DNA from: an uncultured Eubacteriales bacterium
Lineage (GTDB): Bacteria; Bacillota; Clostridia; Oscillospirales; QAKW01
Reading direction: 5' to 3'
NCBI GenBank assembly: GCA_964383835.1
Contig: CAYLIT010000001.1
Span: 1-25,659 of the forward strand
Length of the DNA stretch: 25,659 bases
Positions 1 through 6,443 of this stretch are shown piece by piece. The number at the start of each line of letters is the position of its first letter. The first letter of the stretch is position 1. The notes under the pieces were generated by a model. It was not told where the DNA came from and did no database searches. It saw only the letters and a program-made list of their open reading frames with translations. The translations under genes and the position numbers were made by a program.

Positions 1-295
1 TGCTATGTCCAGACCCGAGGCCAGACAGTTGGTCCGCCACGGGCACTTTACCGTAAACGGTAAGAAAGTAAACATTCCTTCCTATTTGGTAAGTATCGGT
101 GATGTTATCGCAATCAAAGAAGGTAGCATGAATTCCACCAAGATCAAGGCGATCCTTGAAGCAAACGAGAAGCGTGCTATCGTGAAGTGGCTGGAGCTCT
201 CTGGCACCACCGCTAAGGTTGTCGGCGTTGCCGATGCCGAAGATATCGACCTCCCCGTCGAGAAGCACTTGATCGTCGAGTTGTACTCCAAGTAA
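1..295 (+). CDS. rpsD: 30S ribosomal protein S4 (5'-truncated by window edge)
   Basis: S4 motif [26 protein letters not shown] and C-terminus LIVELYSK; lies directly upstream of rpoA; stop TAA at 293-295. Confidence 0.97.
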   Translation, partial: AMSRPEARQLVRHGHFTVNGKKVNIPSYLVSIGDVIAIKEGSMNSTKIKAILEANEKRAIVKWLELSGTTAKVVGVADAEDIDLPVEKHLIVELYSK

Positions 296-426
296 GTTGT
301 GGAAGCCCGATCGGGCTTGTGCAGGAATTTACTTTGGAATGGCTCTTCTCTTGCTAAGGCAAGAATGATGATTAGGATGTTGAATTAAGGACTCACATTG
401 CGTGAGATTATAAGGAGGTTTTAGAT

Positions 427-1377
427 ATGATCGAGATAGAAAGACCCCGGATCGAGACCGAGGTGATCGGCGAAAACGGCGAATACGGCCGGTTCGTTGC
501 CGATCCTCTGGAGAGAGGCTACGGCTTGACGCTGGGTAACTCCCTGCGTCGGATCCTGCTTTCCTCCCTGCCCGGTTGCGCTGTTGTTGCAGCAAAGATC
601 AATGATGTTCCCCATGAGTTCACCACCATCGAGGGTGTCAAGGAGGATGTGACCGAGATCATCCTCAACATCAAGGGCATTATCCCGAAGCTCTATTGCG
701 ACGAGCAAAAAACCGTATACATCGAGGCAAAGGGCCCCTGCGTAGTGACTGCCGGCGATATCAAGGCCGATAGTGACGTAGAGATCTTGAACCCCGATCA
801 TGTTCTGGCCACCTTGGGTGAAGAGGCTACGTTGAACATTGAACTGGTCGTCGACCACGGTCGTGGCTACGTTTCCGCCGAAAAGAATAAGGTCTATACC
901 GAAAATCAGGCTAATATGCTGGCGGTAGACAGCGATTTCTCCCCCGTTACCAAGGTGAACTACAAGGTTGAAAATACCCGTGTAGGCCAGATCACCGATT
1001 TCGATAAGCTGACGCTGGAGGTATGGACCAATTCCGTTACCTCTGCAAGCGATGCAGTATCTTTGGCAGCAAAGGTCATGAATGAGCATCTTTCCCTGTT
1101 TATCGATCTTTCCGAGAAGGCCAAGAACGCCGAGATCATGGTGGAGAAGGAAGAATCCCGCACCATCACTGCTCTGCGTATGACCATCGAGGAGTTGGAT
1201 CTCTCTGTTCGTTCCTTCAACTGCTTGAAGAGAGCCGGTATCAATACCGTTGAGGATCTGATCAATAAGAGTGAAGAGGATATGATGAAGGTTCGTAACC
1301 TGGGCAGAAAGTCCCTGGACGAAGTGATCGGTAAGATCGCATCCCTGGGTCTTCAGCTGAAGAAGGACGACGAATAA
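427..1377 (+). CDS. rpoA: RNA polymerase subunit alpha
   Basis: [24 protein letters not shown] and alpha-[33 protein letters not shown] upstream. Confidence 0.99.
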   Translation: MIEIERPRIETEVIGENGEYGRFVADPLERGYGLTLGNSLRRILLSSLPGCAVVAAKINDVPHEFTTIEGVKEDVTEIILNIKGIIPKLYCDEQKTVYIEAKGPCVVTAGDIKADSDVEILNPDHVLATLGEEATLNIELVVDHGRGYVSAEKNKVYTENQANMLAVDSDFSPVTKVNYKVENTRVGQITDFDKLTLEVWTNSVTSASDAVSLAAKVMNEHLSLFIDLSEKAKNAEIMVEKEESRTITALRMTIEELDLSVRSFNCLKRAGINTVEDLINKSEEDMMKVRNLGRKSLDEVIGKIASLGLQLKKDDE

Positions 1378-1410
1378 TCGATTTAAAGTATAACAAGGAG
1401 GTTTAACCTT

Positions 1411-1752
1411 ATGTCCGGTTATAGAAAATTGGGCCGCCCTACCGCCCATCGTAAGGCGATGCTCAGAGGCATGGTGACCTATCTTCTGGAGAATGGCTCT
1501 GTTGAGACCACTCTGACCCGTGCTAAGGAAGTGGGCAGAGCAACCGAGAAGATGATCACTTTGGGCAAGGCTAACACGCTGCACAGCAAGCGTCAGGCTT
1601 TGTCTTATATCACCAAGGAAGATGTAGTCAACAAGCTGTTCAGCGAGATCGCTCCCAACTACGAGGAGCGCAACGGTGGCTACACCCGCATCGTGAAGAT
1701 CGGCCCCCGTCGTGGCGACGGTGCCGAGATGGCGATCGTTCAGTTGGTATAA
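1411..1752 (+). CDS. rplQ: 50S ribosomal protein L17
   Basis: [16 protein letters not shown] ... [32 protein letters not shown]; follows rpoA. Confidence 0.99.
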   Translation: MSGYRKLGRPTAHRKAMLRGMVTYLLENGSVETTLTRAKEVGRATEKMITLGKANTLHSKRQALSYITKEDVVNKLFSEIAPNYEERNGGYTRIVKIGPRRGDGAEMAIVQLV

Positions 1753-1760
1753 TTGAACTA

Positions 1761-1792
1761 AAAAAACAGACCTCTTTCGAGGTCTGTTTTTT
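1761..1792 (+). terminator. Intrinsic terminator of the alpha operon
   Basis: AAAAAACAGACCTC-tttc-GAGGTCTGTTTTTT inverted repeat right after the rplQ stop. Confidence 0.9.
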
Positions 1793-1793
1793 G

Positions 1794-1822
1794 TTGCTTT
1801 TCACCGTGTTTTATGTTATGAT
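1794..1822 (+). promoter_or_regulatory. Sigma-A promoter candidate for EEP gene 1
   Basis: TTGCTT (1794-1799), 17 bp, TATGAT (1817-1822), with extended -10 TG at 1814-1815. Confidence 0.65.
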
Positions 1823-1841
1823 AGAAAATGAGGTGATTATA

Positions 1842-3134
1842 ATGAAAAAGATTATCGCATGGGCATTGATTCTCACCCTGTTGCTTGGCGGCACAAGCTG
1901 TAAAAGAGCAGGTGGAGAAGAAGGTGCTGCCAGTGGTGAATACGTGGAGGGGAACAGTCAGAATTTGAGCGGCGATACCCCCGATAAAGTGACTGATTGG
2001 GAAACGGGAGATCTTTCCGGTTCGACAGGAACCTCCTCTACCCAAACGCCGGACGTTCAGGAGGGCGAAGAGGAGTCGTCGGAAGGCGATCAGCAACAGC
2101 AGGAAACGCCCGAGGAGGAGCACCGGCAAGAGGAAGACTCCTCTCAGTCGGAGCAAAAGCCCCAGGAGGAACCGGAGCAGGAGGGTGAAGCAGATCAGCC
2201 TGTGACCCAACCGGAGCAAACTCCCGCCCGGCCGGAAGAAACGCCGGAAGAGGATTACGTCGAGGAACCCGAGGATCCGGAAGAAGAGTCCGAAGAGGAT
2301 GGGGAGGCGGATTCTTCCTCCGGCACCCTGAATCCTGTCACCCAGCCGGTGGTCAGCGATACGAAAGACAATGAGCTGAAGATCGTCAGCTATAACGTGC
2401 GCTGTTCAAACGACGGCGATGGAAAAAACATCGCAGACCGTGCGCCGCGGTTTAAAAAGGTCATGGATCAGTATGATCCCGATATCATGGGTCTGCAGGA
2501 GGTCGTACCCCAATGGATGACCTATCTGGAACAGAATTTTTCCGCCGAATACGAGTATATCAACAGATGGCGTGCCGAAAGCAGTAAGGAAAGTACCCCC
2601 ATCTTCTGGAAGAAGGATAAGTTCACTTATCTGGACGGCGGCTATTTCTGGCTCTCCGACACCCCGGACGTAGAGAGCAAGGCGGATAGCTGGGGTGCTA
2701 AGTATTACCGCATTTGCGTGTGGGTCAAGCTGCGGGTCAAATCGACGGGTAAGATCTTCCTGTTCTATAACACCCATTTTGATACCCAGAGTAAGCCGAA
2801 GGTGCCCAGTGCAGAGTTGGTCATTGAACGGGCCGTCGAGAAAGGCGCCTTTGATCGGTACGCGGTATTTTGCACCGGCGACTTTAATATGAATCCGGAC
2901 AGTGACGGATATAAGGCGATGTATGCCCGCTTCCATGATATCAACCGCGATCTGGAAAATTTGCAAACGCCTACCTACACCAGTTACCAGACCAAACCCG
3001 GAAGTATCATCGACTTTTGTTTCTACTCGCCGGGAAAGATCCAGCCCTTGAAATATCAGGTCGTTGAAGAATATGTGGATGACGGATATGTCTCCGACCA
3101 CAGCGGACTTTATATCGAAGCCAAACTCTTATGA
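1842..3134 (+). CDS. Exported (probably lipoprotein) EEP-family phosphoesterase/nuclease with long acidic linker
   Basis: ATG 1842 after GAGGTG RBS. Signal peptide MKKIIAWALILTLLLGGTSC has an atypical lipobox. E/Q/P-rich linker runs to ~2370. EEP motifs are intact: SYNVR, GLQEV, GYFWLSDTP, NTHFD, TGDFN, IIDF, SDH. Confidence 0.88.
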   Translation: MKKIIAWALILTLLLGGTSCKRAGGEEGAASGEYVEGNSQNLSGDTPDKVTDWETGDLSGSTGTSSTQTPDVQEGEEESSEGDQQQQETPEEEHRQEEDSSQSEQKPQEEPEQEGEADQPVTQPEQTPARPEETPEEDYVEEPEDPEEESEEDGEADSSSGTLNPVTQPVVSDTKDNELKIVSYNVRCSNDGDGKNIADRAPRFKKVMDQYDPDIMGLQEVVPQWMTYLEQNFSAEYEYINRWRAESSKESTPIFWKKDKFTYLDGGYFWLSDTPDVESKADSWGAKYYRICVWVKLRVKSTGKIFLFYNTHFDTQSKPKVPSAELVIERAVEKGAFDRYAVFCTGDFNMNPDSDGYKAMYARFHDINRDLENLQTPTYTSYQTKPGSIIDFCFYSPGKIQPLKYQVVEEYVDDGYVSDHSGLYIEAKLL

Positions 3135-3136
3135 TC

Positions 3137-3181
3137 AAATCACCTTTCTGATGCGTTTTTTACGCATCAGAAAGGTGATTT
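3137..3181 (+). terminator. Perfect 20-bp inverted repeat after EEP gene 1 (likely terminator)
   Basis: AAATCACCTTTCTGATGCGT-ttttt-ACGCATCAGAAAGGTGATTT, followed by further Ts. Confidence 0.7.
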
Positions 3182-3266
3182 TTTCATGCAATTAACGGTG
3201 TTTTTCACACAATTGAAAGATGCTTTTCACGCATTAGAAAGGTGCTTTTCACGCATTAGAAAGGTG
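3156..3266. repeat. Five tandem ~22-bp repeats (consensus YTTTTCACGCATTAGAAAGGTG)
   Basis: Units at 3156-3177, 3178-3200, 3201-3222, 3223-3244 and 3245-3266; the last two are identical. Confidence 0.85.
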
Positions 3267-3402
3267 ATTTTTGTTCGCTTTGTTTGGTTTCGACAGATTT
3301 TTTGTTCAATTTTGGGCCGTTTTTTAACGGTTTTTTGCATGTTTTTGGCCTGTTTTTAATCATTTTTGCACGGATTTTTTTATATTTTTTCCTTAAAAAG
3401 GG

Positions 3403-3431
3403 TTCCTTTTTCCGGCGACCTATGATAGAAT
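3403..3431 (+). promoter_or_regulatory. Sigma-A promoter candidate for EEP genes 2-3
   Basis: Weak -35 TTCCTT (3403-3408), 17 bp, TAGAAT (3426-3431), extended -10 TG at 3423-3424; RBS AAGGAGGT downstream. Confidence 0.55.
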
Positions 3432-3458
3432 AAGCACAAATAAAGGAGGTATGGGCTT

Positions 3459-4847
3459 ATGATCAAGCTGATCACGTTCAACATTAAATGTGGGGGTAAG
3501 GATATTTACTCCATCGACCACCGTGCACCGCTTTTAAAGACGGTGCTGGATAAGTATGATGCCGATATTATCGGCTTCCAGGAGGCGACTCCCAACTGGA
3601 TGGAGCACATTGAAGAGGACTACGGCGCAGAGTACGAGATTTTCAATAAATATCGTTCCCGCAATAACTTCGAGTCCACTCCCATTCTGTGGCGTAAATC
3701 CCGCTTTGACTGCCTGGATAAGGGTTATTTTTGGCTGTCTGACACCCCTGATATTGACGCGGAGTGTTGGGATACCTGGGGCTGTAACCGCATTTGTATG
3801 TGGGTTAAGCTTTATGATAAGCAGGAAGGCAAGACCATGACCTTCTTCAATACCCATTACGGATTTGGTGATGAAAATCAGATCAAGAGCGGCAACCTGA
3901 TCCTCAACCACTTCAAGGCGATGAAGGTAGATTGCGGCTTTCTGACTGCCGACTTTAATATGACCTATACCCGCCCCGGCTATAAGCTTCTGGAGCAGCA
4001 TCTGATCGACGCCAATATGGCTACGGTGAAGGATCTGCGTCTGACCTGCCACGGCTATAACCCGAACAAAACCGGTGGTGCGCCCATCGATATTTGCTTC
4101 GTCACCCCTGATACGGTGGTGCCCCTTACTGCCAAGCGGATGGACGATCTGGTGAACGGCGAGTTCCCCTCCGATCACTACGGTTTTTACTTTGAACTGG
4201 AGATCCGCCAGCCCGTAAAGCTGTATTCCTTGAATGCAGGCCCCTCATCCGTGCGCAGTCGTCTGACTCGTCAGGACATCGAGTTCGCCGCCCTTCAGGG
4301 TCAAAACGCCGAGGCTGCGGCTCGTCTGACCGAATCCTTTAAGATGGTTGCCCAAAAGGAGGGTACCGTCACCCCCATCGTTTGGAAGGAAGGTTTATAT
4401 GATCTGGTAGAGGAGGCTACCTTCGATAAAATGGCGCTTGCCGTGCTGAAAAAACCCGTCAGCGAGCAGAAATTCTGCGTCATCAACGTGGAACTGAGCG
4501 AGGATGAAACGGCGCAGGCGGCCGAATTAAAGGAAATTCTCGAAAAGGCGTCTGCCTATGAGGAGATGCCCACCATTTTGACGGGTACCTTCAACTTCCG
4601 TATCGGAAGCCCCGCTTATAGCATGGTGCGGGAGCAGTTTGAGGATCTGCGTCGCGTTGCGGCACCTCAAGACTTCACTCCCACCTATACCGGCATGGCC
4701 GAGGATATGAAGGAGCCCTGCATCTGCAGCTATACCTTTATCAGAAAGGCAAAGGCCTTGAAATACGAGGTGGTTATCTCTAAAAACCGCCGCGGTTACT
4801 ATAACGATTATAACGGCATCGCAGCCGCTGTGATCCTGGAGGACTGA
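3459..4847 (+). CDS. EEP-family protein: intact N-terminal EEP domain plus degenerate C-terminal EEP-like domain
   Basis: N-domain motifs FNIKC, GFQEA, GYFWLSDTP, NTHY, ADFN, IDIC, PSDHY; C-domain decayed equivalents ALQG, NVEL, TGTFN, NDYNG; no signal peptide. Confidence 0.88.
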   Translation: MIKLITFNIKCGGKDIYSIDHRAPLLKTVLDKYDADIIGFQEATPNWMEHIEEDYGAEYEIFNKYRSRNNFESTPILWRKSRFDCLDKGYFWLSDTPDIDAECWDTWGCNRICMWVKLYDKQEGKTMTFFNTHYGFGDENQIKSGNLILNHFKAMKVDCGFLTADFNMTYTRPGYKLLEQHLIDANMATVKDLRLTCHGYNPNKTGGAPIDICFVTPDTVVPLTAKRMDDLVNGEFPSDHYGFYFELEIRQPVKLYSLNAGPSSVRSRLTRQDIEFAALQGQNAEAAARLTESFKMVAQKEGTVTPIVWKEGLYDLVEEATFDKMALAVLKKPVSEQKFCVINVELSEDETAQAAELKEILEKASAYEEMPTILTGTFNFRIGSPAYSMVREQFEDLRRVAAPQDFTPTYTGMAEDMKEPCICSYTFIRKAKALKYEVVISKNRRGYYNDYNGIAAAVILED

Positions 4848-4851
4848 TTTT

Positions 4852-6294
4852 ATGTTGAAGATCATCAGCTTTAATATCAAATGCGGCGGTAGTGATATCT
4901 ATTCCATCGCCCATCGTGCTCCGCTGGTCAAAGAGGTTCTGGAACGCTACGACGGCGACCTGATCGGCTTCCAGGAGGCGACCCCCGAATGGATGGAGTG
5001 CATCGAGCGGGATTACGGCGAGGAATACGGCATCTTCAATCAGTACCGTGCCAAGGACAGCCTGGAATCTACCCCCTTGCTGTATAAAAAATCCCGTTTT
5101 GAGTGCCTGGAGCACGGTCATTTCTGGCTGTCCGACACCCCCAGCATCGAGAGCGGCGTTTGGGATAACTACGGCTATAACCGCATTTGTATGTGGGCGA
5201 AGCTTTTGGATAAGCAGGAGGGTACTACCGTTGCCTTCTTCAATACCCACTACGGCTTCGGCGATGAAAACCAACTCAAGAGCGGCCGGGTGATCCTAAA
5301 CTACATGAAGGCCATGAAGGTGGATGCCTGCTTCCTCACCGCCGACTTCAATATGTACCCCACCTCTCCGGGCTATAAGCAGTTGACCGAGCAGCTGGTG
5401 GACGTGAATGCGGCTACCGTTAACGATATGCGCAACACCTTCCACGGCTACGCCCCCGAGAAGCGTGCTCATCTGAAGCCCATCGACTTCTGCTTTGTCA
5501 CCCCCGATACGGTGGAGCCCATCACCTCCAAGAGGATGGATGACCTGGTGAACGGCGAATTCCCCTCCGATCACTTCGGCGTTTATTCCGAGGTACAGGT
5601 ACATAAAAAGATCAAATTCTATTCTCAGCGGGTCAGCCTGCAGGAGAAGGTAGTTTCCGGTGCACCCTGGTATTTGCGCAAGGAGATCTCCGGCCTTCGT
5701 GCCGATATCGTGGCTCTGCAGCAGGCTGAGTACGTCTATGAGCGCCGCTTTACCCGTTCCGATGAGTATACCGGCGATATCCGCGAGGATGCGGAGGACA
5801 CGACCCTTACCAACCCCATCTTCTGGAAGGAAGAGCTTTTGGAGCTCACCGAAAAGAGCGAGGTCGCTTTGGGCGACAGCCAGGCCAACCTGGCCGTGTT
5901 GCAGTATAAGATCAGCGGCGAGAAGGTCTGCGTTTTGAACGCCCATTTCGGCGAAGAAAAAGAAGCCTTTGCCCAAAAAATCGTGGAAGCGCTTGCGCCT
6001 TACGGTGAGTTGCCCGTATTGGTCGCAGCCGATCTTGGCGATGCCATCGGCAGTCCCGCTTATCGGGTACTGAAGGAGGCCTTTAAGGATCTGCGCCTTG
6101 CAGCTGCGCCCAAGGATGTTACCCCCACCTATCAGGGGCTTTATGCCGAGGATGCAGCTCCCGCTATTACCGATTTCATATTCAACAATGAAAAGGGGCT
6201 GGGCAAGCCGACCTATAAGGTGGAACTGATACGCTCCAGAGGCCGTATCTTATCGGAGCACGACGGCATTTTTGCCACCTTCATTTTGAAGTAA
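4852..6294 (+). CDS. EEP-family protein, paralog of 3459-4847 with the same two-domain layout
   Basis: 44 of the first 60 residues identical to the previous gene by manual count; N-domain motifs intact; C-domain ALQQA, NAHF, AADLG, TDFIF, SEHDG. Confidence 0.88.
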   Translation: MLKIISFNIKCGGSDIYSIAHRAPLVKEVLERYDGDLIGFQEATPEWMECIERDYGEEYGIFNQYRAKDSLESTPLLYKKSRFECLEHGHFWLSDTPSIESGVWDNYGYNRICMWAKLLDKQEGTTVAFFNTHYGFGDENQLKSGRVILNYMKAMKVDACFLTADFNMYPTSPGYKQLTEQLVDVNAATVNDMRNTFHGYAPEKRAHLKPIDFCFVTPDTVEPITSKRMDDLVNGEFPSDHFGVYSEVQVHKKIKFYSQRVSLQEKVVSGAPWYLRKEISGLRADIVALQQAEYVYERRFTRSDEYTGDIREDAEDTTLTNPIFWKEELLELTEKSEVALGDSQANLAVLQYKISGEKVCVLNAHFGEEKEAFAQKIVEALAPYGELPVLVAADLGDAIGSPAYRVLKEAFKDLRLAAAPKDVTPTYQGLYAEDAAPAITDFIFNNEKGLGKPTYKVELIRSRGRILSEHDGIFATFILK

Positions 6295-6297
6295 GAT

Positions 6298-6366
6298 ATG
6301 ATCAAACTGATTTCTTTTAACATCAAGTGCAATTCCGTATCGATTGATTTTAAAAGCCCCCTGTGA
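6298..6366 (+). pseudogene. 22-codon 5' relic of a further EEP paralog
   Basis: Translates as MIKLISFNIKCNSVSIDFKSPL*; 10 of the first 11 residues match gene 3459 (MIKLITFNIKC); starts 3 nt after the previous stop. Confidence 0.8.
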
Positions 6367-6380
6367 CAGGGGGGCTTTTT
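6352..6380 (+). terminator. Intrinsic terminator of the EEP operon
   Basis: AAAAGCCCCC-tgtgacag-GGGGGCTTTTT. Confidence 0.85.
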
Positions 6381-6383
6381 CTC

Positions 6384-6412
6384 TTTACATTCCACCCCAA
6401 AACCGCTATAAT
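6384..6412 (+). promoter_or_regulatory. Sigma-A promoter for addBA
   Basis: TTTACA (6384-6389), 17 bp, TATAAT (6407-6412). Confidence 0.75.
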
Positions 6413-6443
6413 AGAATCAGAAAAAAACGAAAGGAGAACGGGA

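Noticed and set aside
421..1584. Long antisense ORFs opposite rpoA, the EEP genes, addAB, prs (13421-14506) and the dehydrogenase (22455-23765)
   Set aside because: Shadow frames of well-supported genes in GC-rich, codon-biased DNA; no motifs or RBS.
1791..1841. Upstream starts in the ORF track (1791, 6363, 13370, 19735, 22479, 24379)
   Set aside because: They fall inside terminators, promoters or other genes, or lack an RBS; downstream start codons fit better.
3156..3266. CRISPR array
   Set aside because: The repeats are head-to-tail with no spacers, and no cas genes are in the window.
3137..3400. Plasmid-type iteron replication origin
   Set aside because: Repeats plus an AT-rich tract look similar, but there is no rep gene, no clear DnaA box, and the context is core chromosome. 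Kept only as a repeat and curvature finding.
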